A stretch of 61,707 bases of DNA from an uncultured Gammaproteobacteria bacterium (GCA_947258715.1 CAMYJH010000029.1:1-61707), one strand, 5' to 3'. Shown: positions 33,997-43,941, numbered from the stretch's first letter. Numbers and translations: made by a program. The notes: generated by a model from the letters alone, not told the origin.

Positions 33997-36254
33997 GCCA
34001 TGTCTCGCCGTCGGCGCCAGGCCCACTCAAGGCAGGCGAGCGCGAGCAGCGCCAGCAGCAGCGCCGGCGCGTCGCGAAGCGGAAGCCGTTTTTCCACCCG
34101 CAGCGTGGACTTGGTGTCGTCGATGACTCTAGTCATCTCCGACGCGCTGGCGGCGGTGAAGAAGCGGCCGCCGGTGTCCTCGGCAAGTCGCTTAAGCCGG
34201 GGCACATGGAGCTCCGCAGAGTGAAACTCTCGGCCTGAGCCGGAGACCTCAACCGAAGCCTCGGTCTGAATCGCTTCTCCCTCGGGCCCACTGAGCCTCA
34301 AGCGGAATTCGTGGCGCCCGATGTCCCGGGCGATAAAGCTCCCACGATGGAATCCGTCTTTGCTGATTGCGCGCTCAAGGGCAACTTCCTCCACCTGGCC
34401 CAGCGGGTCGGTGACTTCAAGCGTGACCCTCGGATCTGCCAGCGGAAAGAAGCGGGGATCCAATGTTTGCGCCTCGATGGAGATACTTTCCCCAACAACG
34501 GCCTCCGCCGGCTCGAGTTTAAGCTGTGCCCGGCCGCCTGCCGGCCGCGCGACGTGCCGGAGGAGATTGCGCCAAAGCCGCTCGTGGGTTTCGTCTTCTA
34601 GCGGCACCTCGGCGTGCATCTGCCAACGCCAAGAGTCGCGCACCGGAAACGCGGCCACGGTGCCGCGCCCGTAGCGCTGCCAGGCGAGTATCACCAGAGG
34701 CTCTCCGGATCCGTCGTCGCCTTCGAGCACGGTGGTGGCGCCCGGCTTGGAACGTCGTATGGGGTTGATTACGGTGAGCGGCGGTAGCTGTTCCCAGGAG
34801 GCATAAAGCTGATCTGCTTTCGCCAGCCGAAGCAGCGGATTGTCGCCATGGCTTACGGATGGACGCACCGGTACCTGCGCCCGGTAGGCGCTGGCCGCGG
34901 GCGGTAGAACCACCGGCGAGATCCCGGCGAGTGTGGATTCCGAATAGCCGCCTTCGGCGAAGGCGCGGCGGCCCCCGAGCAACACCAGACCGCCGCCGCG
35001 GCGGGCGACGAACTCTCGTAACCGAGACTGCAGCGCTTCGTCAAAGAGGTCGTTGCCGATGCTGCCGAGCACCACGGCGTGGTAGCGAAAAAGCGCTTCC
35101 TCCGAGGCCGGCAGCCCTTCGGCCAGCTCGTCCGCATCTTCGACGCCGAGGCGGTAGTATTTGTTTTCCGCCGTGCGCACCAGGGAAACCAGACGGATGG
35201 CGTCATCCGCCGCCACGGCGCGGCGGAGAAACTTGACCTCGAAACGCGGCTCGCCCTCGATGTGCAATATGCGCACCGGATCGCCACGCACGTCAACGGC
35301 TCGGTGCGCCGCGTTGTTTTCTACCACGATCTCGCCGGGTTCAGGCGCAACCCGAAAAACCATCCGCCGCGGCCCCTGTCGATTGAATTCGAGCGGAACC
35401 TTAAGCGACACCGGCCGGTCGCCAGCGGGGAGCGTCAGTGACTGCTCTTTCACGATCGCGCTCTCTTCCTCCACCACCAGCGTGACCGTCTTAGCGGCGA
35501 GTCCGCGGTGGCTGAGCTTCACTTCCGCCTCCATCGCGTCTCCGCGCAGCACCGTCCGCGGCAAGCGCACTTCGGTCACTTCAATGTCGGTCTTCAGCCG
35601 CTCCGACCCCACGCCCACGCTGTGGAGGGTCACGCCCGAGGCCTTCAACGCGCGCAGCGCATGGTCCAACGTGCCGCTGTCTTCGACTGCGCCATCGGTG
35701 ACCAGTACGACGGCCGCGAGGGCGCTGGCGTCAGGGGCGTGCGCTACCCGCTCGAGTGCACGGGCGAGGTCGGAACGCGCCCCGGAGAAGGTTAAAACTT
35801 CGCCGGGCGCGAGCGTTTCCACGTCGGCGGAAAATTTGAGATAGCGGATGTCGAAGCGCTGCTCCAGCGTCGCGGCCAGCGTGCCCGCGCCGGGGGTGAA
35901 CGCGCCTGCGACGAATTCGGAACGCGCCGCGCCGTCTAAGTCGCGAATGCGCATGCTCAAGGAGTCGTCGATCAGCACCGTCACGTGGCCCCGCACCGGG
36001 TCATCGGTTTCCACCACCAGCCTCGGGTCCAGAAGCACGAATAACAGCAGCGCCAGCAGCGTCGTTCGTAGCGCCCAAAGTCCCACCCGATCGCGTTTGC
36101 GGCGCGGAGATCCCGCGCCGAAATAGCCGAGCGCGATCGCCGCCAGAAGGGCAATCGCCAAGACCGCGGCGGCGTAGCCGCCGAGGGGCCACAGCATCTC
36201 CAGTGTCCCGCGTGAGAAAAGCTCCGCCGGATATTTAAAGGCGAGTTCCAGCAC
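33993..36254 (-). CDS. BatA/BatB-like membrane protein: N-terminal TM pair, VWA domain, additional C-terminal domains
   Basis: N-terminal TM pair (LWPLGGYAAAVLAIALLAAIALGYF; GLWALRTTLLALLLFVLL). MIDAS-like VTVLIDDSLSM. C-terminal hydrophobic anchor LLLALLALACLEWAWRRRR. The region ...VVLGSIGNDLFDEALQSRLREFVARRGGGLVLLGG looks GATase1-like; weak call. Confidence 0.65.
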   Translation of the reverse strand: MLELAFKYPAELFSRGTLEMLWPLGGYAAAVLAIALLAAIALGYFGAGSPRRKRDRVGLWALRTTLLALLLFVLLDPRLVVETDDPVRGHVTVLIDDSLSMRIRDLDGAARSEFVAGAFTPGAGTLAATLEQRFDIRYLKFSADVETLAPGEVLTFSGARSDLARALERVAHAPDASALAAVVLVTDGAVEDSGTLDHALRALKASGVTLHSVGVGSERLKTDIEVTEVRLPRTVLRGDAMEAEVKLSHRGLAAKTVTLVVEEESAIVKEQSLTLPAGDRPVSLKVPLEFNRQGPRRMVFRVAPEPGEIVVENNAAHRAVDVRGDPVRILHIEGEPRFEVKFLRRAVAADDAIRLVSLVRTAENKYYRLGVEDADELAEGLPASEEALFRYHAVVLGSIGNDLFDEALQSRLREFVARRGGGLVLLGGRRAFAEGGYSESTLAGISPVVLPPAASAYRAQVPVRPSVSHGDNPLLRLAKADQLYASWEQLPPLTVINPIRRSKPGATTVLEGDDGSGEPLVILAWQRYGRGTVAAFPVRDSWRWQMHAEVPLEDETHERLWRNLLRHVARPAGGRAQLKLEPAEAVVGESISIEAQTLDPRFFPLADPRVTLEVTDPLGQVEEVALERAISKDGFHRGSFIARDIGRHEFRLRLSGPEGEAIQTEASVEVSGSGREFHSAELHVPRLKRLAEDTGGRFFTAASASEMTRVIDDTKSTLRVEKRLPLRDAPALLLALLALACLEWAWRRRRDMA

Positions 36255-36255
36255 C

Positions 36256-37068
36256 TCAGTAGCTCATTCCGTAAATCACGAAATTGATCCCGATCTCGAA
36301 GGCGTAGGTGGAATAACGCAGCGGATAGCTCGGCAGGTCCGCCCACTCCCAGGCGTCGCCGAGATCGGTGTTCCAGTTGATGAGCACCATGAGCCGACCT
36401 TCGTCGTCGAAGATGCCGCGCACCCGAGGTATGCGCCCGTCGTATTCCCAGGTGGGGCCGCCGGCGGCCTGGTGCACGTTGGGCACCTGGAGGATCTCGC
36501 TGATGTCATAAAAGGCATGAAATACGGGATGATCCAGCGGCACGTCGACGATGGTGCGATTGGGAAATACGAGCCGCATCTCCTGCTCCAGGTTCTGCCA
36601 CGCCCATGTGCCCCAGAAGTCGTCGATGACCATGAAGCCGCCGGCGAGCAGGTATTCCCTCAGGGCCTTGGCCTGCGCTTCGGTCAGGGACAGCGAACCG
36701 ACTTCAAGCACGTAGAGAAAAGGAAAATCGTGCAGCCGCGCTTCGCCGATGCTGATGGCGTTATCTTTGTCGAATGCGTCGACCACCGTCAGGCGGCGGA
36801 GCGCCACCAGGAACTGCTCGTCGGCTTTCGGAAAATCAACCGCCCAGCGGGGACCCCAGTCGGCAGCGCCGACACCGCCTTCGCCGTAGATCCCCCGGGT
36901 GAAGTAAAATTCGTGCTCTCCTCCGCGCAGCTCACCGTTTGCGAGCGATGGCGAAGCCGATGCCAAAAGCAGGCCCAAGGCGACCAAAACCCTTCCAGCG
37001 GCCTCGCGCATTGTCAGCCCCGGCTGCAGGAAAGCGGTGTCCCGCGTGTCTTCAAAAGCACGACGCAT
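36256..37068 (-). CDS. DUF4159-like secreted protein, first gene of the MoxR-VWA operon
   Basis: Signal peptide (MRRAFEDTRDTAFLQPGLTMREAAGRVLVALGLLLASASPSLANG). ...YGMSY C-terminus; I recall this family co-occurring with DUF58/MoxR/BatA genes. Start set at 37068 so the gene does not overlap the upstream dioxygenase-like CDS; 37011 is an alternative. Confidence 0.55.
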   Translation of the reverse strand: MRRAFEDTRDTAFLQPGLTMREAAGRVLVALGLLLASASPSLANGELRGGEHEFYFTRGIYGEGGVGAADWGPRWAVDFPKADEQFLVALRRLTVVDAFDKDNAISIGEARLHDFPFLYVLEVGSLSLTEAQAKALREYLLAGGFMVIDDFWGTWAWQNLEQEMRLVFPNRTIVDVPLDHPVFHAFYDISEILQVPNVHQAAGGPTWEYDGRIPRVRGIFDDEGRLMVLINWNTDLGDAWEWADLPSYPLRYSTYAFEIGINFVIYGMSY

Positions 37069-37114
37069 GGGCCAAGCGCCCAGAAACTGGCGCGCAGCCC
37101 GATCTCGGGGTTGA

Positions 37115-37648
37115 TCAGTTGCCGGCATTCGAGGGGAGAACGAGTTCCACCCCACCCACCAGAACCTTCTCGCCGTCTTTGCGCACTTCTTCCAGAAGGA
37201 TGGCGAAATCCCCTTCGCGCGCTTCGTTCAGATGAGGATCACCTTTGAACAGTATCCTGGTTACGAGCTGTCCGTGGGATTCGTGGCGCACCAGGAGGTG
37301 AATGTGTTTCGCACCCCAGTATTGTCCCGGAAGCACGGTGGAGACGCTAAAACTCCCGTCCTTCGCGGTCTGAAGCGTCGCCCGGTAACGGACATCGTGG
37401 TAGTCGCCGTTGCCGTCGGCCTGGCGCAGCGCCACAAGCGCACCGGCCAGGGGCTGGCCGCTCGGATCCACGACGCGACCGCGCAGGAACAAGCGTTCCC
37501 CTGGGTCGCCGGGCTGCCAAAGGACTACGCTTGCCGGACCCCCCGTGACGCCTGATGCCGCTGACGGCACGGTGGCGGCAGGAACGGCCGCTGGCAGCAC
37601 GAGGAGGCCGAAGATTGAAGCCAAAAGGCAGCGTTTGATAGCGTACAT
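37115..37648 (-). CDS. small secreted intradiol-dioxygenase-like protein (protocatechuate dioxygenase beta-sandwich fold)
   Basis: Signal peptide MYAIKRCLLASIFGLLVLPAAVPA. Motifs LFLRGRVVDPSGQPLAGALVALRQADGNGDY ... VLPGQYWGAKHIHLLV resemble the intradiol dioxygenase core including the HIH iron ligands. RBS GAGGTGGAGG. Confidence 0.55.
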   Translation of the reverse strand: MYAIKRCLLASIFGLLVLPAAVPAATVPSAASGVTGGPASVVLWQPGDPGERLFLRGRVVDPSGQPLAGALVALRQADGNGDYHDVRYRATLQTAKDGSFSVSTVLPGQYWGAKHIHLLVRHESHGQLVTRILFKGDPHLNEAREGDFAILLEEVRKDGEKVLVGGVELVLPSNAGN

Positions 37649-37788
37649 CCTCCACCTCGCTGCTTAACAGCTGGGACCCCAACTATAACGGAAGAAGGCA
37701 CAGATTGAGCAAGGAATCAGCGGCCATAATATGCAATTCATTCGCCAAATAATCTCCTAAACTGTTTCTTTAAGACGGATGTAAGCCA

Positions 37789-38589
37789 GTGTTTACTGCC
37801 AAGAACATTTCCTCCGCGTTAGTCCTCCATTTTGCCGCGCTTTTGGGCGTGGCGCAGGCGGCACCTGCGTTTCAACCTGAGCCCTTTGAGGCTCATTTCG
37901 AGCTCGAAGTCCGGGGATTCACGGTTGGTGAGACGGTATGGCGCGTGCAGCGCGTGGACGACGGATTCATCTATGAAACTCGGACAAGAGCCATCGGTTT
38001 TGCCGCAGTGTTTGGTGCGAAGCAGGTAGTGGAGCGCAGCGAGTGGAAACGCGTCGGCGACGGCGTCAAGCCCGCGAGCTACCTCTATGAGCGCAGCGGC
38101 AGACCTGACAAGACAACAAAGATTGCTTTCGACTGGAACAACGGTCTAGTTGAAAGCACCCGGCGCGGACAAACCTCGCGAATGCCCGTACCGGTCGATA
38201 CGCTGGACAAGCTCGGCTACATGCTGGTGCTGATGGAGGACCTCAAAGCAGGAAAGCGCAGCGTGCGTTACCACATCGCCAGCGGCAAAAATCGGATGAA
38301 GGTATACGAGCTCAAAGTCGTTGCCGAGGAACGGATGAAGACGGCGCTGGGCACCTTTGGAGTACTTAGAATCGTGCGCGAGCGCAAGGACGACGATCGC
38401 CAAACCACTATCTGGGTTGCGCCAGAGCTGGATTTCATGCCGGTGCGAATCAAGCATCGGGAACGCGAGGATGAAGTCGTGACTATTAGTATCCGATCCT
38501 TTTCGCGTGGTTCCATGGCCAAGAAAGCTGGCACTGACGAGGCCGAAGTACATACCCAGCCGAATCCCGTCCCTCAAGATAGAAGATAA
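37789..38589 (+). CDS. secreted hypothetical protein (possibly DUF3108 family)
   Basis: GTG start; signal peptide VFTAKNISSALVLHFAALLGVAQAAPA. 266 aa, beta-rich, no enzymatic motif recognised. Confidence 0.5.
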   Translation: MFTAKNISSALVLHFAALLGVAQAAPAFQPEPFEAHFELEVRGFTVGETVWRVQRVDDGFIYETRTRAIGFAAVFGAKQVVERSEWKRVGDGVKPASYLYERSGRPDKTTKIAFDWNNGLVESTRRGQTSRMPVPVDTLDKLGYMLVLMEDLKAGKRSVRYHIASGKNRMKVYELKVVAEERMKTALGTFGVLRIVRERKDDDRQTTIWVAPELDFMPVRIKHREREDEVVTISIRSFSRGSMAKKAGTDEAEVHTQPNPVPQDRR

Positions 38590-38676
38590 TCCCCGAGTAC
38601 GGTTTCGGGCTTGAACGGCTTTGAAATGTCGAGTTCGATTCAACCCGCTGGATAATCTATCGACGGCGCTTGATTA

Positions 38677-38818
38677 GAACCTATCTCAAAATCAGCGAGC
38701 TTGGATAAGACAAGTCAAAAACAGGCTTAACGAGCGCAGTTTACAAGCCAGTCAATGAGCATTTTGAGCCTGTTCTAAACGCCGTTAAGCTAGACACAGC
38801 AATTTTCTGGATTAGTTC
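38677..38818. mobile_element. repeat family B copy 2: 142-bp MITE, degenerate right TIR, TA flanks
   Basis: About 90% identical to 21595-21735. Left TIR GAACCTATCTCAAAAT intact, right end GATTAGTTC degenerate. TA at 38675-38676 and 38819-38820. Confidence 0.6.
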
Positions 38819-38836
38819 TAAGCCCAAGTAGCAGGC

Positions 38837-39514
38837 GTGAACAAAAGCGAATTCCGACTCCCCGGTTCTCTCGCCACCGCTGTCCTGGCGGCGCTAGTGA
38901 TCGTGGGCGCTTATCCCAACCCCGCCTCGGGCGCCGATCAAAGTGAACCGGTTGCAGCGGCAGAGATGTTGGAGGTTGCTACATTTGCCGGCGGCTGTTT
39001 TTGGTGCGTGGAATCAGACTTCGATGCTGTTGCCGGCGTTGTGCGCACGGTTTCCGGCTACACCGGCGGTCACGTCGAAAATCCGACCTACAGGCAAGTG
39101 TCATCAGATACCACGGGACACCGGGAGGCGGTTCAGATCTACTTCGATCCGGATCGGGTCGCCTTTGCCGATCTACTGGAGATTTTCTGGCGCACCATCG
39201 ATCCCACTGACGCCGGCGGTCAGTTCTGCGATCGCGGCAAAAGCTATACCACGGCGGTATTCGCAAACTCGGAACAGCAGCGCCGTGCGGCAGAAGCGTC
39301 AAAGAAAATGGTTGAAAGCTCGGGTGTCCTCGGGCAACCCGTGGTGACAGCTATCGAGACTGCGGGGCCGTTTTATCCCGCCGAGGATTACCACCAGGAC
39401 TACTACAAAAAGAACCCCCTGCGCTACAAGTTCTACCGCTTCTCGTGCGGGCGCGACGCCCGGGTTAAAGATCTCTGGGGGGAGCAGGCGCACCGCGGGA
39501 TCGCAGCGCATTGA
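38837..39514 (+). CDS. msrA: peptide methionine-S-sulfoxide reductase MsrA with signal peptide (periplasmic)
   Basis: ATFAGGCFWCVESDF (catalytic GCFWC), YTGGHVENPTYRQV, HQDYYKKNP. GTG start. Confidence 0.9.
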   Translation: MNKSEFRLPGSLATAVLAALVIVGAYPNPASGADQSEPVAAAEMLEVATFAGGCFWCVESDFDAVAGVVRTVSGYTGGHVENPTYRQVSSDTTGHREAVQIYFDPDRVAFADLLEIFWRTIDPTDAGGQFCDRGKSYTTAVFANSEQQRRAAEASKKMVESSGVLGQPVVTAIETAGPFYPAEDYHQDYYKKNPLRYKFYRFSCGRDARVKDLWGEQAHRGIAAH

Positions 39515-39631
39515 TTACCCTCTAAGGCAAGCCGGGCACAACGAGGCCGGGACTATGCTTGACCCGGCCTCGTTTCTCAATTTACGTGGTTGAGTGAACG
39601 ACCGATCGATCAGCGTGACTGGTGACCGTTT

Positions 39632-41539
39632 CTAATCTTCGTCGTCATCATTGTCATTACTCCGGCGCAAAGACTCCACTGCGCCGATGCGACGCCGGTC
39701 ACCGGCGCCGTACTGGCGTTTTCCTTTCCGGTCTATGGCGACCAGCTGCACCGACCCGATTACCGAAAGCCGCGAGTCCGAAAGATTGTGGCCGAGGCCT
39801 TCGAGTTCGTCGATGACGTCCTCGTCAAAGCCCGCTTCCCAACTCGGGCTTCCGTTGGCGCTGGTCTGGGAAATACGCGGTAGGTCTACGGCTTCCTGGG
39901 CGTTGCGGACGTGATCGATGAGACCCATCGTCACGTTGGTCACCGAGTTAATTATCGTGGACCCGCCCGGTGAGCCCAGCGCAACCAGGGGCTTTTTACC
40001 TTTGAATATGAGCGTCGGCGACATGCTGCTTCGCGGCCTTTTGAACGCAGCCGCATCATTCGCACCCGGATTGAAATTGTCCGGATCCGGATTGAACGTG
40101 GGCACGCGGTTGAAGTCCGTCAGCTCATTATTCAGGAGGAATCCCCAACCCGGCACCATCAGACCCGTGCCCCAGGCGGACTCGATAGTGTTGGTGTAGG
40201 TCACGATATTGCCTTCGCGGTCGACGATGGAGAAGTGGGTCGTATTCAGCCCTTCTTCGTCCGGAAGACCGGCCATGGCGAGCTGGACTTCATCGGCATC
40301 GAACTGCGCCATTTCGAACGGCCGGGGATCGTCGGCCTCGACATTGTTCTGGCGCGCGTCGGGATCGATCAGCGCGCTGCGAAGGGCGATGTAGTCATCA
40401 TCCAGCAGGCCTTCCGAGGGCACGTCGACGAAGTCGTCGTCGCCCATCCACACCGCGCGGTCTGCAAAGGCGAGGCGCATGGCCTCCATCATGACGTTCA
40501 GGGTTCGCTTCGACCCGAAGCCGTAGCCCGCCTCCTCGTCGCCGATGGGGAAACGTTCGATGAGCTTCAGGATCTGGATGACGGTGAGCCCGCCCGATGA
40601 GGGTGGCGGCATCGAGACGATGCGGAACCCTCGATAGTCTCCCACGACGGGGTCGCGAATCGCCGCCTCGTAATCACTGAGATCCTGCAGCACCATTCGC
40701 CCGCGCAGCCGCGCCTGATCGTTAGGGTCGGCCACCGTGCGCGCGTTTTTCTGGGTTTCGACAATCGCCGTCGCGATGGGCCCGGTGTAGAACGCGTCCG
40801 CGCCCTCGTCGGCAATCTTCTCTAGCGTCGCCGCGAGTTCGGGCTGGACCAGAAGATCATTTTGTTGGAGGGGGACCCCGCCAGGTCTGAACACGTCACG
40901 CGCTACTTCGTATGCAGGGTTTCCGGGCTCACTGTCGAGTCGCGAGGACAGGATGCTCTCTTCGAGCCGCTTGCTCACCCGGAAGCCCTTCTCGGCCAGG
41001 TCGATTGCAGGCCCGAGCACTTCGTCAAACGACATCGTTCCCCATCGATCCAGGGCCAACTCCAGCCCGCGCACCATTCCAGGCACGCCGACGCCTATTC
41101 CGCTTGTCGAGCGGATCGAGAACCCGAACGGGTCACCGTTGGAGTCGAGAAACATGTTCGCGTCACCTGCCGCGGGTGTGCGCTCTCGCGAATCCACGAC
41201 CACCGTCTCCTTTTGCTTCGCCAGATAGATGATCATGAAACCGCCGCCGCCAACTCCCGATGACTGCGGCTCGACCACGTTCAGAGCGAACGCTACCGCA
41301 GCCGCCGCGTCGATGGCGTTGCCACCAGCTTCGAGGATCGCCCGGCCGGCACGGGCGGCCGCCGGTTCGCTGGTGGCCACCACGCCCCCGCGTACGCCGG
41401 GAATGCCAAGGGAGGTCTTGTCTCCTGCGGTGGCCAACGCAGGACCGAGCAGCGCGACGGTGGCGACCGCGGCGGCAACGGTGTAAAGAATTCCGCGGGC
41501 GCCGTGCCGGCGGGAGGCAATGTTTTCTTGCTTATTCAT
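39632..41539 (-). CDS. ggt: gamma-glutamyltranspeptidase
   Basis: 635 aa, signal peptide. GGT signatures ...TSGIGVGVPG..., autoproteolytic Thr region (...GGSMSPTLIF...), LGSPGGSTIINSV. Confidence 0.85.
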   Translation of the reverse strand: MNKQENIASRRHGARGILYTVAAAVATVALLGPALATAGDKTSLGIPGVRGGVVATSEPAAARAGRAILEAGGNAIDAAAAVAFALNVVEPQSSGVGGGGFMIIYLAKQKETVVVDSRERTPAAGDANMFLDSNGDPFGFSIRSTSGIGVGVPGMVRGLELALDRWGTMSFDEVLGPAIDLAEKGFRVSKRLEESILSSRLDSEPGNPAYEVARDVFRPGGVPLQQNDLLVQPELAATLEKIADEGADAFYTGPIATAIVETQKNARTVADPNDQARLRGRMVLQDLSDYEAAIRDPVVGDYRGFRIVSMPPPSSGGLTVIQILKLIERFPIGDEEAGYGFGSKRTLNVMMEAMRLAFADRAVWMGDDDFVDVPSEGLLDDDYIALRSALIDPDARQNNVEADDPRPFEMAQFDADEVQLAMAGLPDEEGLNTTHFSIVDREGNIVTYTNTIESAWGTGLMVPGWGFLLNNELTDFNRVPTFNPDPDNFNPGANDAAAFKRPRSSMSPTLIFKGKKPLVALGSPGGSTIINSVTNVTMGLIDHVRNAQEAVDLPRISQTSANGSPSWEAGFDEDVIDELEGLGHNLSDSRLSVIGSVQLVAIDRKGKRQYGAGDRRRIGAVESLRRSNDNDDDED

Positions 41540-41845
41540 GTTGAATTTCCTCTTCTTCGATCGAGCGTGGTGATAGAAAACGACGAGGGGGTAGCGCGTG
41601 CGCCGCTCTGTGCCGTGGTGTCGGCGTCGCGGCGCGAGGAAAGAATGTTATTCCTCTTTTGCCTCGACTCCAACCTGCACGGCGCTTGTAACACGAACGC
41701 TGGCGATTACGACCGCAAATTTGGGCGAGAAAGGTCGACAGAGAACGCATTTACAGCGGAATTCGGCAAGCAGTCGAGCCGTGAAGTGGCCTCCAGTCGC
41801 AGCGCCGTCGCGCCGATGGAAAACTGTCTAGCTATTCAACAAAGC

Positions 41846-43573
41846 TCACGGCGTCATACGCCCGTTAAGCGGCGGCAGCATGAAATCGAAATCGGCGCCG
41901 CGATCCGCCTGGGTGACATGCTGCAAGTAAAGCTTCAGATATCCTCGGCTCGCACCGTGGGGGATTCTCGGCGGCCTCCAGGCCGCACGTCTTCTTTCCA
42001 GCTCAGCGGCGTCCACCTCGAGCTGCAGTCGCCTCGCTTCCACGTCGAGCTCGATTAAATCGCCCGTTCTAACCAGCGCCAGCGGTCCACCCACCGCCGC
42101 TTCCGGCGTGACGTGCAGCACGACGGTGCCGAAGGCGGTGCCGCTCATGCGCGCATCCGAGATCCGGACCATATCATTGACACCCTCGGAGGCCAGCTTT
42201 TTCGGAATCGGGATGTAACCCGCTTCGGGCATCCCCGGCGCGCCTTTGGGACCCGCGTTGCGCAGAACGAGTACATCGTCCGCGCTGAGCTGAAGATTCG
42301 GGTCGTCGATGCGGGCGGCGAGGTCCTCGAGGGAATCAAAAACCACGGCATGTCCGCGGTGTTTAAACAAGGCCGGCAGGGCGGCCGACTGTTTGATGAT
42401 GGCGCCGTCGGGCGCCAGATTGCCGCGCAGCACGGCGATTCCGCCCTGCGGATGGACCGGGCTGTTGATCGGTCGCACCACCGATTGTTCCCAGGACGAT
42501 GGCGCCGCAGCGAGGTTTTCGCCGAGGGTTTTCCCGCTGACGGTAAGGCAATTCAAATCCAGCAGCGGTTCGAGCTCGCGCAGCACCGCCGTCATACCTC
42601 CGGCGTTTTGCAGATCCTCCATGTAGTGCTGGCCGCTGGGTTTGAGGTCCACCAGTACCGGGGTCTCCCGTCCCATTCGATCGAATGCCTCCAGATCGAC
42701 TTCGATACCGAGGCGGCCGGCAACGGCGGTGATGTGTACCAGACCGTTGCTGGAACCGCCGACGGCCAGCAGCACCCGAAGCGCGTTGGCGAACGCGGCC
42801 GACGTCATGATCTTCGACGGCGCGAGCCCGTCCTCGGCCAGCGCAACCGCACGCCGTCCCGCTGCTTCGGCGTGACGTAAGCGATCCGCCGCTATGGCCG
42901 GAATCGCGGCACCATCCGGCAACATCATGCCAAGGGCTTCGGTCATGCAGGCCATGGTGCTGGCGGTGCCCATGACCATGCAGGTACCCGCGGTTGGGGC
43001 CAGCTTTCCGCTGATCTCTTCGATCTCCGCTTGATCCACATCGCCAGCACGGTGCATTCCCCAATAGCGCCGGCAGTCGGTGCAGGCACCGAGGCGCTCG
43101 CCGCGGTAGCTGCCGGTCACCATCGGCCCGGTCACCACCTGAATGGCAGGAATGTCTGCGCTCGCCGCGGCCATCAGCTGTGCCGGCACGGTCTTATCGC
43201 ATCCGCCGATGAGCACTACCGAATCCATCGGCTGGGCGCGGATCATTTCCTCCGTGTCCATCGCCATCAGATTGCGCAGGAACATGGAGGTCGGGTGTGA
43301 AAACGACTCGTGCAGCGAGATGGTGGGAAATTCAACCGGCAGCCCCCCGGCCAGCATCACACCGCGCTTGATGGCCTCGCACAACTCGGGTGCGTTTCGG
43401 TGACAGGCGTTATAGCCGCTGAAAGTATTGGCGATGCCGACAATGGTGCGATCAAGGGCATCATCGGAATAGCCCATGGCCTTGATGAAGGCTTTGCGCA
43501 GGTAGAGGGAAAATGCGGGGTCGCCGTAGCTGGTAAGCCCGCGACGCATGCCGCGGGTGCGATCGCTGCCCAT
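41846..43573 (-). CDS. IlvD/EDD-family dehydratase (dihydroxy-acid / sugar-acid dehydratase)
   Basis: 575 aa; Fe-S cluster ligand context CDKTVP...C, GGSSNGLVHITAVAG, SGTAFGTVVLHVTPEAAVGGPLA. Start codon ambiguous between 43573 and 43549. Confidence 0.8.
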   Translation of the reverse strand: MGSDRTRGMRRGLTSYGDPAFSLYLRKAFIKAMGYSDDALDRTIVGIANTFSGYNACHRNAPELCEAIKRGVMLAGGLPVEFPTISLHESFSHPTSMFLRNLMAMDTEEMIRAQPMDSVVLIGGCDKTVPAQLMAAASADIPAIQVVTGPMVTGSYRGERLGACTDCRRYWGMHRAGDVDQAEIEEISGKLAPTAGTCMVMGTASTMACMTEALGMMLPDGAAIPAIAADRLRHAEAAGRRAVALAEDGLAPSKIMTSAAFANALRVLLAVGGSSNGLVHITAVAGRLGIEVDLEAFDRMGRETPVLVDLKPSGQHYMEDLQNAGGMTAVLRELEPLLDLNCLTVSGKTLGENLAAAPSSWEQSVVRPINSPVHPQGGIAVLRGNLAPDGAIIKQSAALPALFKHRGHAVVFDSLEDLAARIDDPNLQLSADDVLVLRNAGPKGAPGMPEAGYIPIPKKLASEGVNDMVRISDARMSGTAFGTVVLHVTPEAAVGGPLALVRTGDLIELDVEARRLQLEVDAAELERRRAAWRPPRIPHGASRGYLKLYLQHVTQADRGADFDFMLPPLNGRMTP

Positions 43574-43647
43574 AGGTTAATAGCCCGTTTCGGTTTCTTT
43601 GCTCTCTCGAGGGTACTGCTTCAGAGTCACTTTCAGCGCAGATTGAT

Positions 43648-43941
43648 TTACAGAAAGACGGTGTCCTTTACGAAGGTCGCCGCATGATCCGTGCCCGCAG
43701 GGAAGTGAAATACGTCGTCTGATTCGAACGCTATGGTTCCCGCCGGCGTGGTCAGCGCGCCGGCACCTTCCAAAACTTCGAAAAACTGCTCGTGAGCATA
43801 TGGGTGACTCGGTGCCACCACGCCGCCCGGAATCTCCACCCGCAAGAGCTCCGCACCGGATCCTTTCAGTCTGCGCCGGACGACCCCGTTCGCGCCTTTT
43901 TCCTGATCAAGAGAGCTCCAGGAGGTGAGATGTTCGGTCAT
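43648..43941 (-). CDS. cupin-domain protein (98 aa)
   Basis: RBS GAGGAG before ATG 43941. Conserved cupin motifs G(X)5HxH...E and G...P.G..H (PSHPYAHEQFFEVLEG...FPAGTDH). Confidence 0.6.
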   Translation of the reverse strand: MTEHLTSWSSLDQEKGANGVVRRRLKGSGAELLRVEIPGGVVAPSHPYAHEQFFEVLEGAGALTTPAGTIAFESDDVFHFPAGTDHAATFVKDTVFL

